Origin: Octopus bimaculoides
Lineage: Eukaryota
Assembly (NCBI RefSeq): GCF_001194135.2
Contig: NC_068982.1
Location: 49,761,148-49,825,147, forward strand
Length of the DNA stretch: 64,000 bases
Direction of reading: 5' to 3'
Part shown: in pieces, positions 38,420 to 51,043 of the stretch
How positions within the stretch are numbered: position 1 is the stretch's first letter
Layout of the letters: each line of letters begins with the position of its first letter
The notes under the pieces: model-generated
Database searches by the model: none
What the model saw: the letters and a program-made list of their open reading frames with translations, nothing else
What the model was told of the DNA's origin: nothing
Translations under genes and position numbers: made by a program

Positions 38420-39470
38420 TATCAGGTCATTAAGAAAGAAATGTCTGATTTTGAACTGAAAGTTTATTTTACTTTATCTCAACAAAATGTAGTGCACCTA
38501 AATTATCAACACGATGTTACCATTTTATCGATAGTTTATTTATGCCAGCAGTGTAGAACTTTGGAGAGCAAGAGTTGATGAAATCACAAAAGGCTATTTT
38601 GGCATCTTTTCAGATTTGAAATTTTTTCCTTGTGAAAAGTTGTCTAGTGCCTGGAAAACATGATAGTCAGTTGGTGCAAGGTCTGGTGAACATGGTGGAT
38701 GACAGAGTACTCACAAGTTCAGTTCCTGCAACTTGAGTAGCATTCTTTATGCAACATGTGGTCAAGCATTGTCTTGCAAGAGAATTGGCTTGTCTCTTTT
38801 GACCAATCTCAGTTGTTTAATTGCAAGTTCACTTATCATTTCAACCAGTTGGTTGATGTATACATCCTCTGTAATAGACTTACCAGGTCTTATGAAGCTG
38901 TAGTGGATGACACCAGTGCTGATCACCAAACAGACACCATTAACTTTTTTAGGTGAATATTCTTTTTGGATTGTGTTTTAGCACTTCTTCTCTATCCAAC
39001 CACCATGCAGAATGCTTCCTATTGTTGAAGAGAATCCATTTTTCATCACATGTAACAATAAAATGCAAAACTGGCTTGCATTCATGCCGTGACAGCAAAG
39101 AACAGCACGTTTCAAGATGATGTGTCATTTGATGCTTCTTCAGTTCATATGGTATCCACTTGTCTAGCTTCTTTACCTTGTCAGTTTGTTTCAGATGGTC
39201 CATTACAGTTGGAATCAAAACATCAAACTTTGCTGCTAACTCACTCATAATCTGAGATGTATCCGCTTCCACTACAGTTAACTCATCACTATCCACCTTG
39301 GTCTCAGGTCAACCCCAAGGCTGATATTCAAGAGTAAAGTCACCAGACTGGAACTTCTCAAACGATCAATGTACAGTGTGCCCATTTGCCACATCTTCAC
39401 CAAACACCTCATTGATGTTTGGAGCTGTCTGGGATGCATTGGTTTCATGACTGAATTCATATTTTCCTCT
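38420..39470 (-). mobile_element. Decayed mariner (Mos1-like) element, left end missing
   Basis: YEFSHETNASQTAPNINEVFGEDVAN...FEKFQSGDF; KWIPYEL (WVPHEL motif); IVTCDEKW; PPCSPDLAPTDYHVF. The terminus TATCAGGTCATTAAGAAAGAAATGTC starts at 38420. Confidence 0.9.
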
Positions 39471-39474
39471 GGGA

Positions 39475-40135
39475 TCTGTACAGAGCCATCCTTTGATGTT
39501 GACTGTTTTTTGTTTGGCCTATGTATTGCTCTCGACACCCAGAGCAGATTAACACATATATCAGGTTCTCTGAAGCACATGTGAAGTTGCTTTCCACTGT
39601 GAAACATTGACCCTGTTTGAAAGAGAACTCTGATCCCTCAATTAGATTGATGCATATACCACAGTTAGGTCTTCTGCATTTTTTTACTGACGGCTTCAGT
39701 GTTGTTGTTGAGCATATTCGGGCTTGTATTAGGGGACTTTTCATCGATTTGGGCTGTCTTCTGCCTTTTATGATGGTGTGCGTTTGGAGGGTTAAATTCA
39801 TTGTGTGGTCCATTTCTAGTAGGGGAATGTTTTGGAGGATGGTGTCGAAGGCTTCATTGTTAACAAGGTTGTGTGTGGAGATGTATAGTAGGGCTTTTGG
39901 TTGTAAATCCTTCTTTAATTTGGGATGTCTGAGTTTGTGGATGTTGAGATGTAGGCATGTTGAAAGCATATGTCAATTAGTGATGGTGGGTAGTTTCTGG
40001 TGATGAGTGTAACCTTTAGTTCATGTAGTTGTGTGTCCCTGGTGCTTGTATTAGAAACTTTTTGCTAGGTTGAAAGGGATATTCATTCTAGTGTGTCTGC
40101 AGTGGCATGAGTTGAACTGTAGATATTGCTTGGAG
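39475..40135 (-). mobile_element. Penelope-like element fragment: post-RT helical region plus N-half of GIY-YIG endonuclease
   Basis: SKQYLQFNSCHCRHTRMNIPFNLAKSF, then KKCRRPNCGICINL...FTCASENLIYVLICSGCREQYIGQTKNSQHQRM (CxxC plus IY..YIG, GIY-YIG pattern). Confidence 0.88.
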
Positions 40136-42379
40136 CATACATATACATATATATATGTATATATACATACATACACATACATATATATATATTGGGACAA
40201 GGTGATGAAGTATGATCTTCGAACATTGGGCTTCATGTAGGCTATGACAAATGACCAAGACCTTTGGCGATATGCTGTGCTTGAGAAGACTTGTCAAGCC
40301 AGTGGCCAATGTTGGTGTCACGTAACGTGCACTCATGCCAGTAGTATGTAAAAGCACCCACGCTAGCAGTACACAAAAGCATTCTTGCCAGTGGCACATA
40401 AAAAGCACTCATTACACACACACACACATGTGCACACACACACACACACACATGTGCACACACACAATATAGTGTTCTGCAATTTGGAAGTCATCAAATC
40501 AGCATTCCATTATACTGCAGAACCAATATTTTATGTAAATATTGGCTTCACATTTTGACAGAAGGCCTGCAATTTTGGGGGAGAGATTAAGCCAATTACA
40601 TCGACCCTGGTGACAAACTGGTACTTATTTTATCGACCCCTAAAGAATGAAATGTAAAGTTGACCTTGGTGAAATTTGAACTCAGTACATAAAGACAGCC
40701 AAAATGTTGTGCTAAACATTTTGCCTGGCATGCTAACCATTTTGCCAGCTTGCTGCCTTACATAGATATTAACATTTGTAGATACACACAATCCACTGTA
40801 AAAGAAGAGCTGGAGATGGCAGAGACTTAAAATACAGAAAAAAAAAAAAATGTAATAATATATTTTATTAAAATACTTCTCCCTTCAGTTCTGTAGCAAA
40901 ACTTTTATTCACATACACACACACACACACACACACACATACACATACATACATACAAACTAGACCTTTTATAAATAAATAAATATTGTTACTCAAAAAC
41001 ACTGGTAATTTCTGTCATGGAAAATTCTATCAAATTTCTTCTACATTCAAAGATAAGCTAATCAAAATTTATATTTCGTTTGTTACAACTCTCTTTTCCT
41101 TCTTCTTTTGTTTGGCAATATTATAGAAATTCTATCCCTCCAACTATCTCAAATTCTATTACTCAGAACCAGAAGCTTACTTTGATTGTGCATGTTTCTG
41201 TTCACACATGACTGGTCACTGTAGGAAACAACTGCAGTTATTTCTTTTTCTTTTTATGTATTTTCTGTCCACCCTCTCTCACCTTTCTCAATAATTTTTT
41301 TTATTTATCTATCTATTTATTTTCGGTTTCATTTTTCACCAAATCTATTAATACAGGTATTATTGAATTCTTTCATGAAAACTATTTATACATATTGTTC
41401 TTATGTATTACTTCAAAATCAATTTAGTTTATATCTTTCATCCAGTAAAAGTTTCTGTGTAGGCATGGTGTTATGAACATATACCAGCCTATACATAGTA
41501 ACACAATTAAGCTACATACATATTACATATATACATACATACACACACGCACACACATATATATATATATATATACACATACACATATATATACATATTA
41601 CATACGTGTGTGTGTGTGTGTGTGTGTGTGCGTGTGTGTGTGTGTGTGCGTGTGTGTGTGTGTGTGGTTTTCTAGATGTATCTATCAATAGTAACTAGTT
41701 TCAATTCTCTAATAAAGGCTGTGGGTACTGGTATATATGTTAATACATAGCTTTATGGAAATAGCACAGCAGAAAACTGTTTTTCCTGGGATAAGCTAAA
41801 AATATAAAAATAAATAAATATATGTCTAGAATATTTAATAAAAATGTCTCCCTCTCCATCTTTCTCTCTGTATATAAATGTATGTATATCAAAACATTTA
41901 TTTTGGTTTTAAATCCTACTTATGTAAGATTTTCATGTAGATATAAGCTATGCAGAAGAAGCATTGGTTGTCAACAATATGTTGTTACACACTCATTTGA
42001 ATGAATGAATTTCTTTCACGACAAAAAAAAAAAGCAAGCAAAAAAATCATAATAAAGTAAACAAATGTATCTAGCAAAGGAAAAACAGAATAGTATTTCA
42101 AAACTAAATATCTAATAAAAGAAGACATATAACTGAGTAAGTATAAAGAAATAAAACAAATCACGTAAAAATCATAAGAAGAACACTAGAAGCTTCAAAC
42201 CAAAATATCAAATCCAATAATTTAAGGCTTTAGTTAGTGAAGAATAAATCATAACTCAATTTATTGGAAAATTTTCGATAAATACTCCAATTTATGTTTG
42301 ATGCATAATATAATATAACCGAACATAATATAATATCATATATATGTATGTATATATGTGCATGTATGTGTGTGTATGC

Positions 42380-42440
<61 letters not shown>

Positions 42441-42655
42441 TACATATATGTATATATATATATATATATATATAAATATATATATATATATTNNNNNNNN
42501 NNNNNNNNNNNNNNNNNNNNNNNNNNNNNNNNNNNNNNNNNNNNNNNNNNNNNNNNNNNNNNNNNNNNNNNNNNNNNNNNNNNNNNNNNNNNNNNNNNNN
42601 NNNNNNNNNNNNNNNNNNNNNNNNNNNNNNNNNNNNNNNNNNNNNNNNNNNNNNN

Positions 42656-42698
<43 letters not shown>

Positions 42699-44462
42699 GG
42701 AAATTCTGATTTAAGAGATCCATTTTTCTGTGCTTTACTTCTACAGTTTTCTCTCTTTCCCAAAATATAAATAGAGGGAAGAACAAGTAATGTTTATAAT
42801 AATATTTATATTTTGTTTATATGTGTGTATATTTGTAAGCACTCACATGCACTTACCCACATGTATACATAAATATATTTCTATCTCACACATTGTGTGT
42901 GCATGTGTGTGCGCGCGCATGTGCATGTATGTGTGTGTTTATTAATGTAAGAAAAATAATATACCATTCTGAATCCAACAGTAATAGCTGTAATTACAAT
43001 ACTTATTCTTCTAAAAAGATCAGTATACACATTTGAAACAAGCAGTGATTAAAATAACATGTACATAATTTATAAACACATTTGGGTGTGTGTGTGTCAA
43101 ATGCAGGACAGCATTTGATGTGAGATATAGACTTGAAGAGTAATTTAACCTAAGAGACTTTGTGCGTTAAAACATATGCACCAAATGACATTGGGAGACT
43201 GTCAGTCACCAGCATTTCTGTGTAATTTTGGTTCCTCAGAGACATATTCTACTTGATCATTTGGAGTTACCTAGGAACTTTTGTGACTATATAGAAATCA
43301 GTAAACAAAATTGTTGGTACAAGCAAAATTTTGCCCAGCTCAAAAGGGCAGAAATTGAAATATTGATGTATCCACTGTTCATGTATTCACAAAAATGAAA
43401 GAGTGCTCAATGTGGGATTTAGTCTCAGAGGACAACTTATCCCAAGAAACATTGTAAGTTAAAAATGCAGCAAGCTGCAAATAATATCAGCCACTGGTGT
43501 CAGATACCAATGTTTCAGCATAGTTTCTAGTGAAACTACTCAAGTGTCATTTGGTGATAGTTAAGGACCAACACTGTCATTTGGTGATGTCTAAGAACTT
43601 CTGTTCCTATACAGATATCAACAAATAAAATATTTGAGGACAAAATTTCACCATGCCAAAGATAAATAACTGTACATAATTGAAACAACAGACATTGAAA
43701 TAACGATCTGTACATTATTTATAGCAGGCACCATATAGTTATTTGAAGCTTGGAACTTTTATCAATGAGGAAGTGAAATTATGCTGAAACACTAGTAACT
43801 GTCAGTCTGAAAATGTCATTCGGAGTATGTTGTTTTGAATATACTAAGTCTCTAGAACTAAATCTCACAATGAAAACTGTTCCATATTTGTGTATAAACA
43901 GAAGGATTATAAATGATGCAGACATCAAAAGAGAATTCACATAAATTAATAGGTTTTAGACTTTGCATTGATGGCATTTTAGATACTGCTTTTAATCAAT
44001 TACATCAATCTCAATGCTTTCTCAGATAATTACTTTATCAATCTTGTAATTGGTGTAAAGGTAAGCCTACCTTAGCATAAAGGGACCTATCTGGGGTAGA
44101 AAGAAATACTACAAAGTATTTTCATTCAATGCATTGATTTTATTCAACTACCCCAACACTGATAAAAACAGTTTTTTGTATATGAGAGACATAAACGATA
44201 GTGTTAATGCAGAAGAAAACACACATGCACATAGATATATGTGATAGGCTTGAGTACAATTTCTATTCCTCAAATTTCATATACATAGCACATAGACTTC
44301 ATTTTAATAGCTCCAAGAAAGTTATGGGATGTTGCACAAGTACTCAGCTTGCACTGCTTCTTATGGGAAAAACAGTTGTGAATTAATAAAGGCGATTACA
44401 TAACTTCTGTTCTTTTGTCATTCATTAAGTTACACACACATACACATATATCAATTAACAAA

Positions 44463-44500
<38 letters not shown>

Positions 44501-44670
44501 CAATGACAATTCTATATTAGCATTGCAGTATACATATATACATATATACCAGGATGCAGTTATGCACTGCTAGTCACAATGATTGTACCATTCTTTTCCA
44601 TCTTTGCCTTAAAACATTTCAATGAATTGTCTTTCTATCATCGTGGAAACCTTCTGAGTAGCCTTTTCCA

Positions 44671-44705
<35 letters not shown>

Positions 44706-45041
44706 TGAGAGAGAGAGAGAGAGAGAGAATGTGTTTGTCTCCATTTGTTTTGCATTGACACCAGTTGGACAAGAATGACATTGTATATATTCTACATAAA
44801 TAAAAAGACTAGCAGCTCACCAGCTGCACAAGCAAAAGTGTGGGTTAAAGCATTTTGTTTGAAAACAAATAAGGATTAATATCAAAAAAAGATCACTCAA
44901 CTATAGGATGTTTTTCCCAAGATATCTTATTTCAAAACAAACCAACACAGAAAATATGAACTTAAATTAAAAATGAGGCATAGGATTTAACTTGAGGGAG
45001 GCCTGGGTGCTATTTCTAGCAAATTTGTTGACCACATAGAG

Positions 45042-45641
45042 CAGGGTTTCTCAAACACTTTTTTTTTCTATGGACCCATTTCATTCCTATTTTACTCTAG
45101 TGGACCCCCGGTGCCTGTCTCTCTGTCACACTCTAACCTTTCATCATCTGGCACAAGATCATCTCCTCCAGTGCCACATCATCTCTCAAAAGATCTTTGT
45201 CTTGCAACTTACTTGGTGACCCTGCCAGTGCTGGTGCCATGTAAAAAAACATCCAGTCCACACTGTAAAGTGGTTAGCATTTGGAAGGGTATCCAGCTGT
45301 AGAAAAAACCCTGCCAAAACTGACCTCATCTGTGCCACATAAAAAGCACTCATTCCACTCCACAGTGTGGTTAGTGTTAGGAAGGGCATCCAGCCGTAAA
45401 AACCATGCCAAAACAGACAGCAAAGTATGGTGCAATCTTCTGCCTAGCTAGCTCCTGTCAAACCATCCAACCCATGCCAGCATGGAAAGCAGACATATGA
45501 TGATGATGATGAAAAATATTTTGGATAAATAAATATTTTGTATACTGTAGAATAATAACCAATTTATTATACATAAGCTTTAACAGCAAAATCTTACATG
45601 GACCCACTAGAGGTCATTTAGACCCTGGTTGAGAACCATTG
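45042..45641. mobile_element. hAT-type MITE interrupted by a nested LINE-tail insertion (~45110-45512)
   Basis: CAGGGTTTCTCAAAC...GGTTGAGAACCATTG with flanks acatagag / atgtagag (6/8). Same family as 14005-14168. The interior carries a tail ending gatgatgatgat. Confidence 0.75.
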
Positions 45642-46078
45642 ATGTAGAGGATCCCCTCACTGGTGTGTGACACATGCAAGCCATTTATAGTTAGCAAAAA
45701 AAAAAAATGCTTCATTTAGATTCAGCCCAGCTGAACAGCCGGCGTTATCCTCTCCACTGGTTTTTACATAAACTATAATGAGATCTTGATAAGTTGACAC
45801 CAGTGTAACATTTATTTTCAGATCAGAATTTAGAATAAACTTTCAAGAAGAGTGTTTATTGATTTTTGTCAAATATTTCCCAATAACTTGACTGCAGAAC
45901 TTATTTTCTAGCATTTCCATCACATTATATCCTCAGAGCTTTCTGGAACAGCAGGAGTTTCGCAGCATGAGATCTATACATGGTAAGAAACTGGAATTCT
46001 TTTTTTTTTTTAATTTAAAAATATGGTTAAAATTTTAATGAATTTTTGAAGTTGTATTTGGTTAACAGAATTACTTAC

Positions 46079-46256
46079 TTGTCCAATGTTCTTTCATCTT
46101 GTTCATGGCCAGGTAGACTATGCAAATCTGATGGTTCTGCACTAAGCATATTCATGTTAACTGGTAATGTCTCTTTGTCTGTACTAAATATCTCTAGTCC
46201 TGTCAAGCCTAAATAATGAAGGTCACCCCAGGTTTCGGTGAAATTTAGTTTTAAAC
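46079..46256 (-). CDS. KATNIP: KATNIP (KIAA0556) internal coding exon, DUF4457-type repeat
   Basis: Acceptor ttttcatttgtttcag|G at 46256, donor AA|gtaagt at 46079; 178 nt (2+58x3+2). Peptide (G)LKLNFTETWGDLHYLGLTGLEIFSTDKETLPVNMNMLSAEPSDLHSLPGHEQDERTLD(K) resembles vertebrate KATNIP LQLNFTASWGDLHYLGLTGLEV...SPRDLNELP...DSRTLDK, recalled from memory. Confidence 0.93.
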
Positions 46257-46270
46257 CTGAAACAAATGAA

Positions 46271-46308
<38 letters not shown>

Positions 46309-46342
46309 TAATAATAATGATGATGATAATGATAATAATAAT

Positions 46343-46790
46343 AAGGATAATCGTGAAGTATATTTGCCACTTAAATGTGGCTAACCCTTAAGGGTGGAGG
46401 CTACTGTAGCTTGTAGCCCCAGGAGGACACCTCCTCCAACTGGCTATTGACACACTTTCTGNNNNNNNNNNTAACCCTTAAGGGTGGAGGCTACTGTAGC
46501 TTGTAGCCCCAGGAGGACACCTCCTCCAACTGGCTATTGACACACTTTCTGTGCCCTATCAGTATTTGCAAAGGGAAGCCATCTTTGCCATGTTCAACCT
46601 GACATGATACACATGGACCTGAGTTTCTGGGTATTGACCCATCATCAGCGTGTGACAATCACCGGTTGTCGATGTGAAGTGGTTCCCAATGCAAATATAT
46701 ATATCCTGCTTTGTCCAGTGATGAAAAATCACTGATCTCGAAAAAGTGTAACCAAGTAATAATAAATCTCTGAACGATAATAAGGATAAT
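46343..46790 (-). mobile_element. ~450-bp non-coding element inserted in an (AAT)n tract, carrying a hammerhead motif (retrozyme-like or non-autonomous Penelope-like)
   Basis: A more GC-rich block flanked on both sides by ataataaggataat (possible TSD) within AAT-rich sequence. It has no ORF and contains several small hairpins and the hammerhead below. Confidence 0.6.
46604..46662 (-). ncRNA. Type I hammerhead ribozyme (predicted), sense to KATNIP pre-mRNA
   Basis: Minus strand: GTGAT-tgt-CACACG / CTGATGA (46648-42) / TGGGT-caat-ACCCA / GAAA (46627-24) / C-tcag-G / TC, cleavage after 46616 / CATGTG-t-ATCAT. All conserved core nucleotides are present. Stem I has one A:C mismatch and a distal internal loop. 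Confidence 0.82.
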
Positions 46791-46846
46791 AAAATAATAA
46801 GGATAATAAAAATCAGAATTTCAAAAGTTCAACAATGCGAACATCA

Positions 46847-46884
<38 letters not shown>

Positions 46885-47064
46885 TTTTTTGATCGCTAGT
46901 AGTAGTAAACACATTTGACCTCTGCTGACTCCAAGGGTGTGAGGCCTCTGTGGTCCCCTTATCACACAGGAATGCCCACTGCTGATCTCCTTACCATCTA
47001 CCAGATGTATTTACAGACCTATTGAATTTGGTCAATTCACCAAGCTGCTTCTCTTTCTCCTACT

Positions 47065-47200
47065 CTTAAGATGGTTACAAAACCAGTGATTGTAGGAGCA
47101 CTTGGAATGACCAGTAAAGAAACTAAATGATGCAACCCTGAAAAACTGACTTACTAGTCAATATCACTAGGTAGCCGGCATAATGAAATAGGAGCTTTAT
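47065..47200 (+). mobile_element. C-terminal fragment of a restriction-like-endonuclease (R4-clade-like) non-LTR element
   Basis: LKMVTKPVIVGALGMTSKETK* contains the PV(I/V)(I/V)GALG motif typical of REL-endonuclease LINE C-termini. Confidence 0.55.
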
Positions 47201-47980
47201 TTGCATACCCCTAATGTTACGTTATCATCATCATCATCATTTAACATCCATTTTCATGAGCATTGCTCATCCCTTTTGACTAAAAGATAGAATGGACACA
47301 CACAAACACACATATGCAGTAGGCTTTATGAAACTTTCTCTGCAATAAATTCAAGCTAATGGCCAATCCAAGTCTACAGTAGAAAACACTTGCCCAAGAT
47401 GTGTCTCAGAGTGGAACTGAACCTGGAACAAGGTGGTTGAGAAGCAAACATATTAGCAACTCCTTGTTTACAGCTCCCTGTAAATCTGTCTTCTATCTTT
47501 TGCTTGTTTAGGTCATTGGACAGCAGTCATGAAGGGACACCATCCTGAAGGGCTTAGTCAAGCAAACAGATATCAGTACTTATTCCTTTTTTGAGCCTGG
47601 TACTTATTCTATCAGATTCTTTGGCTGAACTGCTAAGTTACAGTGACATAAACAAATCAACACTGGTTGTCAAGCAATAGTGTAACAAACACAAAGACAC
47701 GCACACACACACACACACATACACACAAGCAAAATAGGTTACTTCTAAAATCTCTCTAAGAGAGGAACGCAGTAATTGTACTAGCAAGTAATGTTCACAG
47801 CCACTTCAACATGGCTGTTCCGTTCGAATGGACTTTACTGCAATGTTTTAAACTTAAGAAGACATCTCTAGTTGGTTAATGAGGCACAGCTGCATCCGAT
47901 AAAATTGCAAGCCGGTGAATGAACCCCTACCACCTTCCAGCAATGGGACCAGCAGACCAGCATGGTTTCGGGCTATTTCT

Positions 47981-48239
47981 GCCTCTCTTCGGTACTGGAC
48001 ACCTCGTCTGCTAGAGATGGCAACAGCTTGCTTCTGCTTGCAATATATTTAGATTCAAGTGACATACAGTCGCTGATCTTGCAATAAGCAAAAAAAGCTA
48101 GTTCTAAAATCTCTCCAAGAGATGAACACAGTAGTTGTACTAGCAAGTAATGTCTGTAGCTGCTTGAATTTATTTATATTGCAAGCAGAAGCAAGCTATT
48201 GCCATCTCTAGCTGATGGGTTGTCCAGCACTGAAGAGAG

Positions 48240-48241
<2 letters not shown>
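47981..48241. repeat. Inverted repeat with ~79-bp arms (47981-48059 / 48163-48241)
   Basis: gcctctcttcggtactggac...ctagagatggcaacagcttgcttctgcttgcaatata pairs with tatattgcaagcagaagcaagctattgccatctctag...gtccagcactgaagagaggc. Confidence 0.85.
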
Positions 48242-48319
<78 letters not shown>

Positions 48320-48574
48320 GGTTTGTTTNNNNNNNNNNACGACAGGCGTCTTTCAGTTTCTGTCTACCAAACACACTCACAAGGCTTTGATCAACCCGAA
48401 GCTATAGTAGAAGACACTTGTTCAAAGTGCCATGCAATGGGACAGAACCTCGAACCATGTGGTTGGAAGCAAGTTTTTATCACACAGCCACTCCTGCTAT
48501 ATTATTCCTTAATAAGAGTAGTATTGACAATGACTCCAAAGTTTCAGCCAGCTCAACATTCATTGGACTATATA

Positions 48575-48629
<55 letters not shown>

Positions 48630-49411
48630 GGTTTGTTTCAGTGTTCATTTATGAAATCCACTCACAAGGCACTTGCCCCAAGTACCACGCAGTGAGACTG
48701 AACCAAAGACCATATGATTGGGAAAAAAAGTGTCTTAACCACACAGTCATGCCTGCAGCTATATTCTATAACAACTCATTTCAACCAGAAATAGTTTGGA
48801 TATTTAGTAATGGCTACATAAAAAATAAAATTTTAGCAAGTAAAAATAGCAATTAACAATTACTTTCTTCAAATATTTCTTTTTCTGTAAATAAACTAAA
48901 TAAACTAAATGCATCTAGAAAACATATTTTGTGATAATCTCACTTTTATCCTTGGTAAATATTGGCCAATTACCCACACACTTAAGGCATCTATGGAAGA
49001 AGCAAACCTTAGATTTCTTAACTGCTATGTCAAAGACTGCGTGCCATCAATAATATGAATTGGCATGCTAGTTCTAAATTATATACTTTAAGAAGCAGGC
49101 ACAGATTTGCTGTTAACTACACCACTTGCAATTCTTATTGTAGAAAACCACTTTAAGAAACCCTAAACAAATGGTAATCTGTTGGTAGAAACATATTTGT
49201 AGACAGGCATTACAAAAATCAAATGTCAATAATCGCTTCACAGACACACACTCAAACTCTCACACATCTGTACATATGTATGTGTACATGTGAGTATACT
49301 TACAAATATATATATATATATATATATATATTTGTATATACACACACAGATACAGATATGTAAATACATAGATATAGATACACAAATGTACGTGTGTATG
49401 TNNNNNNNNNN

Positions 49412-49490
<79 letters not shown>

Positions 49491-50049
49491 TATCACATGA
49501 TAGGTGACTGACTGATTGCTTTCAAGCAGAGACCATTAGTAGAAGTCATGTTCATTAGTGGAAGTCACATTCCTTTGTATCAACTTCCAAACAATCTTCT
49601 TGATATTGTAAATATAGCTATAAATAATAACAATAATAATAATTGTAGTAGTAAAAACATGAAAAACTCAGAAACACAACACACACACACACACCCACAC
49701 ACATACATAGTAATCATATGTAGATAAAATGGTACTGCCATTGTAGCATATGTCAATTAGGGAATGCATTGGTAGAATTTATTCAGTTCACAGAAAGTCA
49801 AATGTGGAAACTAAGTTCCTAAAAGCTTCTATTCAACATTTCTTTTCTATAGCAAAATGAAAATTTTTTTTTTAAAAAAAAGGAAGATTGCTGAGCTATA
49901 TCATTAAAAGATGCATTCTTCTATAATAACTGTTATGCTTTTCCAGGAGGGTGGCCTACAAAGTTTTTCTCTATGGCTATAGTTCTATAAATACAGACAA
50001 ACATATTTAAGAAGAATTGTTAAGAAATAACAATGATAATGATAATGGT

Positions 50050-51010
50050 TTTAAAATTTCTGACACAAGACCAGCAATTTCAGGGAAGGGGATAAGTCAG
50101 TTACATCGACCCCCCAGTACTCAACTAGTACTTATTTCATCGACCTCAAAACATGAAAGGCAAAGCTGATGCCAGCAGCGGAATTTGAAATCAGAACATA
50201 AAAATTAACAAAGTGCTACTAAGCATTTTGCCCGGCATCTAGTTGATTCTTTCATTTCACCACCTTAAGAAATAATAATAATAATAATAATAATATGGGA
50301 ACTGCCCATATCCTACGTAAAATACTGTCTATGTGATCTCAAATTTTAAAACAAACACATAATTTTCTTATGGTTTCTTAAACATTCTCTAGAACAACAC
50401 TATGTACAAATCCAAATATATGGTACCCTAGGCATAACACCTACATGAACTTCTAACTTGTCTCTTGAGGTCTCTGGGTGAGACTTGGATCCAACTTGTA
50501 CAAATGCAAAACAAAAGTCAAACATAAAATAACAATAATAACAATAACAATAATAATAATAATCCTTTCAACTATAGGCACAAGGCCTGCAATTTGTAGG
50601 AGGGGGATAGTCGATTACATCAACCCCAGTACTCAACTGGTACTTATTTCATCGACCCTGAAAGGATGAAATGCAAAGTTGACATCAGAGGAATTTGAAC
50701 ACAGAAAGTAAAGATGGATGAAATGCCACTAAGCATTTTGCCTGATGTGCTAATGATTCTGACAGCTTGTTACCTTAACGATAACCCTTTCTACTATAGG
50801 CACAAGGTCTGAATTTTTGTGGGGAGGGGGACAATCGATCATATTGGCTCTAGAATTTGACTGGTACTTAATTTATCAACCCTGAAATGATGAAAGGCAA
50901 AATCAACCTTGGCAGAATCTGAACTCAGAACGTAGTGAAAGACGAAATACTGCTAAGCATTTCGCCTGGCATTCTAATGATTCTGCTGGCTCACCGCCTT
51001 AATAATAATA

Positions 51011-51043
<33 letters not shown>

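Noticed and set aside
46382-46551. Exact 80-bp tandem duplication inside the hammerhead-bearing element
   Set aside because: The two copies are identical and straddle a 10-N gap (46462-46471), which is typical of an unmerged contig overlap. It is not evidence of a real tandem retrozyme array without long reads.
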